From Magallana gigas (taxonomy: Eukaryota): a DNA stretch of 64,000 bases. The notes below the pieces were generated by a model. That model searched no databases. It saw nothing but the letters and a program-made list of their open reading frames with translations, and had not been told where the DNA came from. Positions 24,581 through 37,246 of the stretch are shown here, piece by piece; the stretch's first letter is position 1; each line of letters opens with the position of its first letter. The position numbers were made by a program, and so were the translations under genes. The DNA is taken from contig NC_088858.1 in NCBI RefSeq assembly GCF_963853765.1, positions 21,824,001 to 21,888,000 of the forward strand, written 5' to 3'.

Positions 24581-25639
24581 ATGTCTAAGGACAACAAATC
24601 CATCAGGAAGTTCATTTACTGGCCGAACTTTGAACTCAGTGAAGATGGCAGTAACATTGAAGTAGGGACAGGAGCAGGGCTTGACGTCAAAGTGACCATC
24701 AGTAACAGTCTAGTCCAATGTGTGGGGCAGCCCCTCTCAGAAAAATGTCGCTGGTTCAAAATGAACATCAAGTATCTAGCTACAGGTCTACTTTTCTTTT
24801 TCTTTTTTGTATATTTTTCAGTAATCATTTAGTAATTAACCATGTGAAGAAACCTTTAATTTTTAACAAAAGAATTGGAATATACTTTTATGAATTTAAA
24901 GCTTTACTATATTCTTAGGAAATTGTATAATCATACATATTATTATTATTTTCTTATATCATAATATAAAAAACATAACATCAAACCAAAAAAAAATATT
25001 TCTCCTTCTACAGGTTCATTTATAATGTTTGGATTGAACCCCGGGTGTTTGACTGGGATCCCGGAGTGGGATAGATACAAGTCTGTGAGATATGTCAGTG
25101 ACACAGGCGGGGTTCTGAGTCAGGGGGTGGGAGAGAACACCCATGTCAAGTACGGTGTAGGTAAGGAAACGCATTTCATCCATTCATCCTCTTCATGCAT
25201 TTCTGCACATAAGGCGGCAAGGAAATTAACGTACTGGTACATCTTTATTTTTAGATTTAAAGTGTATATATCTGTACACTTGTCAATGCAATGTTTATTT
25301 CCTTGCATGAGGTCATTGCTGGTTTAAATACAATATTGGAAAATCTCCTAAAAAAGAGTTCCATATAAGGCACATGCATTTATAACTTTAGATATGTACT
25401 CTATTCTGTCACAAGTTTCTGCTTTCACCACCTTTTGCTTGATATTCTGATGATCTAGCTCAAATACTTTTGTGCCAAAATTACATTCATCTATTTAAAA
25501 ATAATAGAAAAATTACGGATTATCTATTTCGGAATGCCCCCTCTACCGTCTCAGGTTTCACTTCAATAACCAAATATAATCAAAGTACTGAAAGCCGTGC
25601 TCTTTTGGTGTGTCTTTATGCATATTGTGTAGTAAAGAC

Positions 25640-25685
<46 letters not shown>

Positions 25686-28600
25686 GCTTTTAATGTCGGC
25701 AAAGCATCAGAGAGCGACCAAATTTTGTAAGCGGCTATAAACAAAAATATGTCTGTCTAGTAGAAGTTAAAAAGTTTAACAGTTGCTGCCTTGAATTTTG
25801 CAACAAGCATTATATATTCAATCCCCGTTTCTTCATCGCGCAGCAAAGTAGTTCATGGAAATTCATGCGCATTGTATGTGTCCAAAATGCATAGTTATGT
25901 TTTAAAAACACGTTATTAATAAGAAAACTAAAAAAGATAGACAATTCATTTGAAATTTAAAAAAAGAAACAAAATGCCAACGCTTTTGACAAAACGTGGC
26001 TCTTTGTGTAACTATTTGGTATAGCGTAAGCTTTACCTTGACGCTGTTTGGTTTTTTGTTTATTTGTGCTATTTATAGTAACATTGGCGATTTGCCTGCC
26101 TATAGCCAGGACTCTGCTTTCAGCAGAGCCCGGCTAAAAAGTCTACAGAGAATTTGCATTGCAAAAAAAAGGTCTTTAAAGTACAGTAAAACACGGCTAT
26201 AGCGAACACGAAGTGAATTTCATTCCCCAAGACTCTACTTCATGTTGTAAACTTGACGGACATAACAAATTAAGCTTAAAACGAAGTTAAATTGCCTGTC
26301 CCTGGGACTTCGTTATAATCGTGTTTTACTGTACCCGAATGATAACATTGAAAAACTGTTCAAGATATTCAGAGTGAATTCCAAATGGAGAAAAGATGTT
26401 AACTTTACCCTATTTATAAATCTCCCTGAGAAATCTGTTTGTGTTTCTATGAAATTGTTTTGAGTGAAAAATGATAATAAATTTGTCAATGAAGATATTT
26501 TTTGGATTTTTTTCCCAATTTCAATTGGACTTTTTTCACGTTACGATTATTTTGATTTGGAAAAAATTGTCCAAATATCCCTATATATTTTTGCAGCTAT
26601 TTGAATAAATGAATATCACCATCACTGAACTCTTTACGTGTATTGAAATTATTCTTTATCTATATAAATTACGGTATGTATTTGCAATGTGATCAACATA
26701 TTTGACTTTTTATTATAATTTTTAATACCCAAACAGAGCATGCATGGATTATTCTTTTATGGTAAAGGTTTTATTGTGCCATATTTGAAACCAAACACAT
26801 TTTTAAAATGTTATTAATGTTTTTAATTCCTAAATTTGTGGAGTTTTTTTTGTTTTTGAAAAAAAAAAAACTATTAATATTCTTTAATAGATAACATGTT
26901 CCTTAAATATTTCCCTTTCTGATCAAAAGTTTTTGTTTTAAAGTCAGACACAATTTCCATTAATATCGTACAAATATTAAGAATCCTTCTAGCTATAATC
27001 AATGAAATCTTGCTACGGGAATTAGATCTCTAACTGTAGTAGGCAACTAAGAATACTTAAAAAAATTTGAGTGGGAGAAGAAAGATTACAAGATTATTGT
27101 GGATTGTAGACTTTAAAACTTTTATCCAAACATTTGAAAATAGTTTTCTTCTTAAATATATTAGTTCTTCAGAATACTTGATGTAACATACAGATGCTAA
27201 TATGAGCCAGATAGTCACAAATAATACATCCATGCACAGATTCACTGTACTTGCTCATGTATAAATATATATATTTTTTCTATACATATTAAAAACCTAC
27301 ACAGTTATTGCATCTCAAAATTTTTTTGTTATTTTAGGTGATGAAATTGTGTGCTACGTGGAGAAGTTTTTCAAAGACAAGTGCCTGGTCAACTTTTTCA
27401 CCAATGGGAAGCTAGTGTATCGACACTGGGGCCACATGGACAAGGAGAATGTGTACGCCACCGTTGGAGTCAAGTTTGGTCCTGCTCACCTCATAGTCCA
27501 ATGGCCCAAGCCAGGAGACTTCAAAATTGATATAGTATGTTTAAAAGGTTTTTTTTTACATTTCAGACTTAAATCTGTGAATTAGTTAAATACCATCTTC
27601 GCAGGCTTGGGGTTTTCAGTCCAAATCGCTCCCCATAAATATTTGGGAGAGGAGTTAACTGAAAACTCTGGGCTTGTGAAGATGGTTAAATTCATTCAAT
27701 AACTAGCTATCATGTAATATGAGTCAAATGCCTTGTTTAAAATCAAAAGTGGTTTTATTAGATCTTGAAGAACTAATCTAAACCAAAATCTTTTTCACAA
27801 TCCTCATAGTACATGCATTACATTACGTACTACATTGCAATATACCATGTTATTAGTTATTAGAAAAGTTATCAAAGATCAATATGTGTTTTAATTTTGA
27901 CAGCTATCTCTAGAGAATTGGATATGTCAGAGAGCTTCAATTACCACTAAAGATGACACAAAAACCATGGAACTGACTAATTTGGTCGGTAAAAAGTCCT
28001 GTTACTCGGCCCAGGGCCCAAGACCTTTAAGTAAAAGTAAGCATATAAACTATTGAGTACAAGAGTTTCTTTTAATTAATATCAATACCGGTATATGTAA
28101 TACCCTAATAAACAATGCTAAAATCTTCAACTCAGAGCACATTTTATGTATAAAATACATGCATGCACAAAAAGATATCTCATTCATGTTTAGGTTGATT
28201 TACAGAAAAGTATATCCTCAGACAATTTCTATCCATTTACTACATTTCTCTGAATTTAAGTACCTGTCCATCTTTCAAAAGAACCTGATTTTCATGCACC
28301 AGATTATATTTGTGGGTACATTGACATGATAGGTGGTATTTTTTTTTACATTGTCATCAAAACAGATTCCAGCTACTTTGAAATCAAAATACAGAATCAG
28401 AAGTCGGTGTGCCCAGCTATTGGCCTGACCACTGCTCTCCTGTCGACAGGGATGTTCTACGCATGTGGATGGGGGGACGAGGACGGCAAACCTACATATG
28501 GTTACCATGGAGAAGACGGCTGTATTAAAAAGAATATGTTTGACGGTACACTTTGTTTATTTTTAAATTTGTTTTTCAGTTTAAATCTATATTCTTTATA

Positions 28601-31600
28601 AAACTGTTAATTAAATTTAAAAAAGAAAAATATATGCGTCATTTTTTTACAATATTTTACCACTTTCAGATAGGGATGTTTTGCAAAAAAGAAAATTACA
28701 AAAAAAATATTATGAACTCAGCATTAAAATTATACATATAGTACTATATTTTATAACTTTGATTCTGTTATTTTATAGGGTATGTTGCTCAGAATGATGA
28801 ATGGAAATGTGGAGTTGGGGACAGAATGGGATGTGGAGTTGTCATAGACAACAAGAAGCTATCCACCAGACTCCCCGAAGAGACTCCAGTGTATATCTTT
28901 GCTACAAAGAATGGAAAGGTCATCCATGTCCAGGGGGATATTATCCCAGAAGACGGTTACTATCCCACAATATCTTTCTTTGAAAAAGGTATAAGTCTAT
29001 AAACAAAGAGTATTTTTGCAAACATCTTTTACTTTTCTTGTATTTAAAATGACTTGTATTTGAAGAGTTGTTCCCCTTGACTTCTCCGTAATTGATTTGA
29101 CAAATGCATTTTAATGATAATTTTCTCTGAAATTTGATACATATTATGCAAGATCAATGTCATTACAAGCAAACCCTCTAGATATATTCTTGTAAGTGAT
29201 TTACATAATAAATTTTGGTGTTCATAAACAAACTCAAGCTGTTGCCCATCAATATTGGAACTCTGTGTCATTAATTGTAAAAATGTTAATGATTGATTTT
29301 CTTTTGCTGTGAACATTTACCCCTCCCCTAAAAGGCATTGATCAAATATCAATAAATTCTGAGCATTGTAAAAAAATTTTTTTGGAAAATTATTAATGTG
29401 AATAAATAATATATCTTTTCTTCTGGCATATAAGTTCTGATCTACCTTCCCTACACTAGCCCATTAAATAAAAAAGAAAAGAGTAGACTATAAAAATAAT
29501 CTGAATACTAATACATGTACAATTTTTTAAATCTTGTTTTTGCGTGCAGGTAGTTCAGTGACAGTGAAGTACCCAGCAGATCCGCCATTACTGGACATTG
29601 ATATGGAGAATCAAATCAACCTACAACGTGACATCATCACAGACTTCAAGATGTCCAACAGAATCAAGTTTGACTCCTTCGAGAGTGACAGAGGAGCAAA
29701 GTTTTCCCTAATGAAGCAGGAGGAGGACGATGACATAATCCGGGGAATCATGTGCCTCAGAAGAGCCTTCAAACAAAATAACTACTTCCAATTAACTACT
29801 AGTCAATTCAGTATGTTGATTTTTCCTGAGTATTACCGTTTTCAGTATAACATGCATTTCACCAAGAATTATATCAATATATGTCCTATTATAGTTATAA
29901 TATTTTAAAAGCACATATCAGCAGAGAGAGAGAGAGAGAGAGAAAGAAAGAGAGAGAGAGAGAGAGGGGGGGGTGTTACAATATTTGAATCAATATGCTT
30001 TGAAAGATTCTTTAATAATTTGCATTGCTTTATTATGTACTTTATATTTTCAGAAAATATTGCTTCAATGTACCTTCATATAATTTTATTGACAGAAAGT
30101 GTTCAAATGGGTTTCATGGAGTACAGCTCAGTGTGGGATGACAAAGAGAATTGTCTGTACAGCTTTGACAACAAAAATATCACTCACAGGGAATCCCTCA
30201 TCAGAACCAGAAACTTCAGCCCAGGTCTAGCATTCAAGTTCTTTTCTTTGGTTGAGAATTGTTAATTTAACTTGTCATACTCTTGAGGTATATCCAGGGT
30301 TAATTGCGATGGCAAATATTTTTCCCACACTTTTTTTTTTATACTGCACACAAGGACATTGATGATATTACAATACATATCATGATATTACATTTATGCA
30401 CATCATGACATTACAATGCATGATCTTTGAATGTATAAATCAACCAACAGGTACCACAACTATCTCTGCCTTGGTTTGGAAGGCCTGTGATAAGAGTGCA
30501 GTGGTGCTTTTTTTTGAGGGAGAGGTCCTAGACAAGAAACTCCTGGGGCGCTGTATCATAGAGAGCGCTGCCTCCCAGCTGGAGATATTCCCTGCCATCA
30601 CCATGACAGATGATTCGACATTTGAAGTGGATTGGGATGAAAGTGAGGCAGTGGATTTCAACATTGTAAGAAATATGCTTTGAATGTGTTTAAACATATC
30701 TAGCAAGTTTTAGGGTGTTTTAATTTTATAGCACATAATGGTGAATTTTTTAAACTGATTTAGTATGGAGGCACCTAGGTTAAGGGAATGAAACATTTGA
30801 CAGACATGTATAAGGGAACTATTCGCCTCCATTTTATTTTTGCTCATTTCGCTCTTTTTAACAGCGGATTAAGACTTGGCGAATTCTAATGTCTTATATC
30901 GTCTTTCTTTTATATGTACCATAACATTGTTGGGGCGAATTTACAAGGCAAAACCGTCATTAGAAGCAAAAATATCACAAGGCGAAAATAAACCTGTATC
31001 CAGTATGCCTACTATAGTCTGTCCCAAGTTATTGCTTCCATCAATTTTTGATGATTTTTAATAAAAATACACATACCTGTGAAAGAAATACAGTTGAAAT
31101 CAATGAAAGGGAATATATCCAAGATATCTTCATTGAACAATTATCCCTTTTCACTCATAAAATTTCACAGGAACAAAAAACAATTTTCTTATGAAGATTT
31201 ATAATGGGAAATGTTTACATCTTTTCTCCATTCGGAAGTACTCGGGATACCTCACGCAATTTTTTAACGTTATCATTCGGGCTTATTAATGGCTGATGCA
31301 ATGCAAAATCTCTGTAGACTTTCAATTTTGGGATGTGTATTGAAACCTGAAGTGGTAGAGGGGGCGTTTCAAAACAGATAATCTGGACATTTTTCATATT
31401 AGTGGATGAACGTAGTTTGAGCACAAAGGTATTTACTATTATTGAAATATCAAGCAAAAAGTGGTGAAAGCAAAAACTTGGGACAGAGTATAGTGGCAAA
31501 ACATGGAAACTGAAACCAATAAATCTTTCAATAATAGTTAAATATTGCAAGATTACATGAAACACATTGAGCAACAGTCTCATGGTCGCACAACACATGC

Positions 31601-34600
31601 ATATAAACAGCTATAATTTATTTTGCGATCTTTAAAAATCGTGCATCGGTCTTGCGAGTACACAAAGCATTGTTAAACATTCGTACTACTGTTTATGCAT
31701 TTTATTGAAATGATTTGGATTAATTGCATTCTGTCACATCTGAATAGTGTGCATGTCCATTATTTTTTAGGAGACTTGATGCGAGAAAATAATGCATGCA
31801 ATGAATGCGAGCTGACGTGCAACATATATGCGATAGCTTGTGCGAAACAAAAAAATTCTGATTGCAAAGTGTTGTAAAGTGCTCATGCGCCATTGTGAAA
31901 GCGGTTTTATGATTGTTGAAATTTTCGTATTATTCATCTTTTCATTCATTCAATGATCGATGCAAATAAATGACCAATTTTTATATTTTCTCACTAATGA
32001 TTGGACACTTTTTGTGTCCCCTGATTGAAATGGATTGAGAGCCTAATTTGCAGAGTTTAATTATCGTGTTGTTTCAAACAGGAGGAGGTAGGGACCTGGA
32101 TTTTACCAGACGAGGCCCTGGTTGTGGAGGGTAACACAATATCTGTGACGGACCAGGCCCAGTCCTTTCCTGTGTGTGCTCTGTCCTCAGGCAACCTCAG
32201 AAAAGGTTTGTTTACGTACTGTAGATTCCTGATGCGAAGTTAATACCTACATACCAATGTACTTCATTATAGTTTTATCTCATCAAACTAGAACCAAATT
32301 TTGCCATTTAATCTGAGCAATTCAGCACTTAAAGACTTGAATATTTGAACGTTATATGTTGCATGCATGCAGAAATGAGAGAAAATGCATATAACCTCAT
32401 TTTTTAATTGTATAGTAACAATGCCCTGTCTATTTTTCAGGAAAGTCCTACTTTGAAGTCACCTTACTGGAGACCTCCCACAAGACTTTCCCCGGGGTGG
32501 GGGTGTGCTCAGCCTCCTGCCCCACAGACTCACTGGTGGGGTACAGGGTCACATGGCTACAGAACATTGCTCTCTATCTTCATAAAGGTCATGTTCTCTT
32601 TGGTCAAGGTGAGTGCTTCAGATGATATTCATGTTTACCTTTAACCTTTCAATGACTACCGGTAATAGGGTCATGCTGTCAAACAAAAAGTAATGTCATG
32701 CAATTCATTGACTTCAAACTAGTACAATTAAATTCAATCAAGCTGATCATAAAAAAAACTAACCTGTAATATGGCAATATTTCTTCTTTAATAAATCTTT
32801 TAAACAAAAGGGCTGCAAATATTTGATAAGCATAAAATGTTGTAATCTATGGATATCAAAATTTACAGAGAAGAGTTTCGATTTGTCGGAGGAACAGGAA
32901 GTAAAAGTCGGAGATGTCATAGGATGTCAGGTTATCTTCCCTGACAAGACAGACAAACTGCAGATGGCGCTGGTCAAGTTCTTTGTCAATGGAGTGTTTG
33001 TGTATAAAGAAGTAATCGGAGTCAACCCATCTGGATTGTTTGTTGCTTTGTGCTTTGAATCAGAGGGCAAGTGCTTTTAACTTTCCAATGCATTGTGAAA
33101 TTTTTACATTTTTCGTCTAACAATCTAATGAAGAATGCAATATTTTTTGATAAGTACAAGTATATTAATCTTAACGAGATTCGTCGAGAATGAAAATTTT
33201 TTACCAAAGTCCGTCAAAAATTTTCAGTCTTAGCGAATCTCGGTGAGATTAAATATAATCCATTAATTCTTACAGAGAGATAAAATTCTACCTCCATAAT
33301 TTATTTCAGTTTGATTATATATATATTTTTGAGAATAAAAAAAAAAAACAACTTGACTTTTCTATGTCATTTTGGTATCTATTAATTAGACATAAGAGTA
33401 AAAAATAAACTGAAATTTGAAGGCCTAATTATTTTACCTGTCAGTACTCATACCAAAAATATTCTCGATATGATGTCAAACAAGAAAATAATATATAGCA
33501 TTCTGCTTACCTAGACTCAGAGAGTGATCTTCTGAATGTTTAACTTGCTCTATTGTAGGAGACAAGGTGTCGCTTGATTTTTCCAAAGAATCCCCTGCGG
33601 ACCTGGAGACCACAAAAGAGTTATCTTTAGTGTTCAACAGTTACCAGGATGAACCCAGGAAAGTGCAGGAATACCAGACTCTCTCTCGGAAAAAGACTAT
33701 GTACATCACCCAACAGTCCTTTGGGCATTCATACGGTAAGTCAGATTTATCTATGATTACGTTCAAACTTTGCCTTTAAAAACTCCATACCTGAATGTTA
33801 ATCAAGGTGGGTTTTTTTATCGCTGGTATATGTTTTGCATGTAAATGAAATAAACATTAATTTTCATAGTTCATACTTAAAATAATTTTAAGCATAATGT
33901 ACCTTGTTTTCATCATTAACATATTTATTAACCTGAATTTTGAAAAAAAAAAAAAATATCTTTTGTAGACTCAGTTCATTTGTTTCTTTTATTTTCTATT
34001 CTCTGGAAAAAATACAATTTTCAAGGAGATAATTGTTTTTTGACAAAATGTATTTCAATATTAAAAAAAAAAATATCTGGTTACTGAATATTAAACTGCA
34101 TGAATTGTAACTGTTACTGTAGATGTTGACTTCTCTACAGGCACCAAGATGGGTACTCCTCGTATAAGAGACCGGCCCATGTATGTCTATGTGTCCCACG
34201 CAAACAAAGATGGACCCAAAGCCAATATCATTTTCACTGAGTATGTATTTCAATACACATATGTGTGTAAAGGACTATGTGCGGTATGGTCAAATATCTG
34301 CCCCCAATTTTAACCAATTTTCAAATAGTGTCCAATAAAAATCAAATCTTCATAAATCATTGTACAGTGGATGTCTATAACTAAAATCATGATTTTAGTC
34401 ACACTGCTCATTCGCTATTTATCTATGACGTCAACTAAATGACCCAATTCCCACAAATTTGTAAACAATTGCAAATATTTTCAATTTTGCTTTATATTTT
34501 ACATTCGGAAATATAGAGCGCAGGTCTGCTCAAGTACGATTTAAACATATGTTTTTCTCCTGATAATTATACACATTATACTAAAAAATGGTACTTGAGC

Positions 34601-36805
34601 AAGCCTGCGCTCGATGTTTCCCAGTCGAAAAACCATCGGAAAACACCCATATTTTGCTACAAAACATCAATTTATCAAAATAATGCAATCTTCATGACGT
34701 CATTTCTACATTATGACGTCACTGTGGTGATAACCTTTTACACCTTTAATTCCAAAATGATTTTAACTATCTTTCACCTTATTTTTAAAGCTCTTTCTAA
34801 AACTTTGATTTTGGGGGCAAAAAATGCATAAAACCGCACATAGTCCTTTAATTATTGTCAACCAAAGATCTTTAAAATGCAAAACCTGATCGATACAGCT
34901 CATGAGGTTTCTTATTGGTACATGTATATACAACACATATATTCTTTGGCATGTGAATAAGAATAATATTAATCTCTTGACCAACAACTATATTTAAAGT
35001 AAAAATATATCCCACGTTAGCCTGCCAATTTTACAGTATATACTATAATACATGTACCAACTAGGGTTCTCTGAAAGCATCAAAGTCTATATCTTTAAAC
35101 TCTCAAATACCAGTAGCCTATACATGTATCTTATCAAGATCCTACCTGCTCATGAATGTTAAAACTCATTGGTTTGGAAATATGTATACCTGTAGCTATA
35201 AATATATTTGTTAATTCATCTATTTTTTACAATTTTTAGCTCTGACCTCATTCAAATAATACCTCACTGGTGTAAAGATTTCAGGAGCCTTTTCATTAAA
35301 TTACTCTTCTGTCATTCAAAGAGAGTCATTTATAAGTGAGATTGAGCAATTAAGTTCTACAGATTATAGTTTAAAATATTCCTGGTTACTTTGGTAATAT
35401 TTTCCAATTTTTTTCTCCTCCTATGTGAATTAAGACTCACATCTAGTGGTCTACTAGCGGAGACATCTGCCTGGAATGCCACCCCGGCAGCCAAACGGCA
35501 GAAAATCAGCGAGTGTGACATCATGCTGATATGTGTCTCCAAACATTCACTCAAAGACTCAGAGCAGGCCATGGAGCTACAGTATCTAGTGACAGAGAGT
35601 AAGCATGCAGCCATTAGTGCCATGTGTACACAATATAACTATTTATCCAATATGCATATATTACTGATGGGTATATATGCACATTGAATAAATACAGTTG
35701 AACCTCATTATACAGAACATCAATTTCAGGAACACAATAGTTATTTTGAAGTGCATTGGAAGTCTCAGCTACAGTTGAACCTCTTTAGCTGGAATCCTTG
35801 ATTATTTTGACTGTCTCTTTAAAGTTTGAGAAAACGTGGTTTGACTGTATATTTCTATGAATGAATGCATTATGGAAGGTTTCAAAAAGATATGTCGACA
35901 TTTTGAAATTAATACAGCTAGATCTTGATGTTAAGTTTAGGATTAAAATTCATATACAGTATCGCATATACCAGTGAAAGGTCCAATACCAGGCATACAT
36001 GTACAATATTCAAAGGAAGTGTTTTCTATTATTTCTGTAGATAAAAAACTGGTTCCCGTTCTTTTGGAGGAGATGAAATGGCCACCTGCAGGAAACTTTA
36101 AGTCTCACAGTAAATATCTGCTTAAGTTTGAGGAGGCTGTGTTTCTCTTTAATGAAGACACCATGGACTTCAAAAAGCTTGTGAATTATATAAGTGAATT
36201 TGTATTGCAGGTAAGAGTGCTGCCCTATTTACAGTAAATTCCATCTAAAAAACAATGCTTAAAATCGCGTATAGCATCCTTTGCAAATCTAAAATTATCA
36301 TTTTCATGTTCCTAAATTTAGCTGTAAATAAAATGAAAAAAAACAAAAATTGGACTCTTTCAATTTCTCATGATTTGATACAACTTAATGGCATTATCAT
36401 GGAAATATAAGTACGCTAAGCATAAAATAACGAATCAAAATTAACTACAGCAATTGAAATGTTGCATCTGTAAAACTGTTTTGTTTGAACATTTCATACA
36501 GCTATATAGCTAGTTCAAAGATGCACATTGATACATTACAGGAGGACATTAAAGCACCAAAACTAGAGATAGCTGAACCAATCCCAGTCATAAACTTCAG
36601 CAGGGGCCCAATGTCAACGCAAGGACCCAGCCAATCACCATCAGCAATAAAACCGTCCAACCAAAAAGTATCTAACAAACCAGCTCCTTCTCAACCAACC
36701 AATCAGAAAGAGTCTCCTAAACCCACAAAATCAGCAGCACAGCCTACCTCTAAGGAATCGGATCAGAAACCAAAGTCTAGCACCAAGGTCTGCCAGATTT
36801 TATGA
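24581..36805 (+). CDS. Multi-SPRY (SPRYD3-like repeats) + TIR-like domain + Pro/Ser/Lys linker + C-terminal CaaX (~1013 aa)
   Basis: Exons 24581-24785, 25014-25160, 27338-27534, 27904-28036, 28366-28545, 28779-28988, 29550-29810, 30096-30224, 30451-30665, 32082-32205, 32441-32608, 32869-33066 (GC donor), 33559-33735, 34141-34240, 35435-35598, 36041-36210, 36542-36805. Total 3042 nt with all phases compatible. SPRY motifs YFEIKI, GYHGEDG, GDRMGCG, KNG, YPTIS; TIR-like VYVSHA...EL...LVPVLLE; ends KVCQIL*. Confidence 0.85.
25644..26140 (-). mobile_element. Helentron-like repeat, copy B (SPRY-gene intron 2)
   Basis: Near-identical to the 6690-7530 copy without its MITE. Sits inside an older repeat whose uninterrupted form is at 31300-31495. 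Confidence 0.65.
26184..26331. mobile_element. Tc1/mariner-type MITE
   Basis: TA|CAGTAAAACACG...CGTGTTTTACTG|TA. Confidence 0.8.
31300..31495 (+). repeat. Old dispersed repeat; inverted relative to 25395-25570 plus 26137-26162; fragment also at ~9490-9545
   Basis: Shared blocks GAAACCTGA..GGTAGAGGGGGC, AATATCAAGCAAAA.GTGGTGAAAGCA and TCTCTGTAGACTTT. Confidence 0.65.
33165..33252. repeat. 88-bp imperfect palindrome (MITE relic) in the GC-AG intron
   Basis: 37-bp arms TTAATCTYAMCGAGATTCG...GAAAATTTTT with about 6 mismatches. Confidence 0.65.
34271..34847 (+). mobile_element. ~580-bp MITE (Kolobok-like), copy 1
   Basis: TIR AGGACTATGTGCGGT with TTAA on the right flank; highly similar to 43142-43729. 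Confidence 0.8.
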
Positions 36806-37028
36806 TTAAAACTTGAATAATAATTTAATTTTTATTATCATTTTTTGTATGTGATATTACTATATATATAAATGATTGTTAGACATATTTAATGTTGATT
36901 GTAATCAAAAATTATTTATTTACTAATTAAACCAAATACATGTATAGTGTTTGAGTGGTTATTGTGCTGCTTTTCAGTGCAGGGGTACATAATGACAACT
37001 TTTTACATTTTGTACATGCATGCATATA

Positions 37029-37246
37029 CTGTGGAATAATTTAATTTCATGGGGGCCAATTTTCATGGATTGTGCGTTTTTTGCTGATTCGTGGGGATGT
37101 AATTTCGTGGATGCATTGGTTTTCAGTTTCAGTATGTAAACTAAATCTTTAATAATTATTTTTCGTTGAGGATGTAAATTTGTGGGAGAGGGCTACCCAC
37201 GAGTACCACGAAAATTGAGCCACCACGAATTCTAATGATTCTACAG
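37029..37246. mobile_element. TA-TSD MITE (CTGTGGAAT termini), 3' of the SPRY-TIR stop codon
   Basis: TA|CTGTGGAAT...GATTCTACAG|TA; same family as 41768-41986, in opposite orientation. Confidence 0.75.

Noticed and set aside
35240-35338. Alternative acceptor for the TIR exon at 35240
   Set aside because: Hits TGA before the TIR-like sequence; the acceptor at 35435 keeps the frame.
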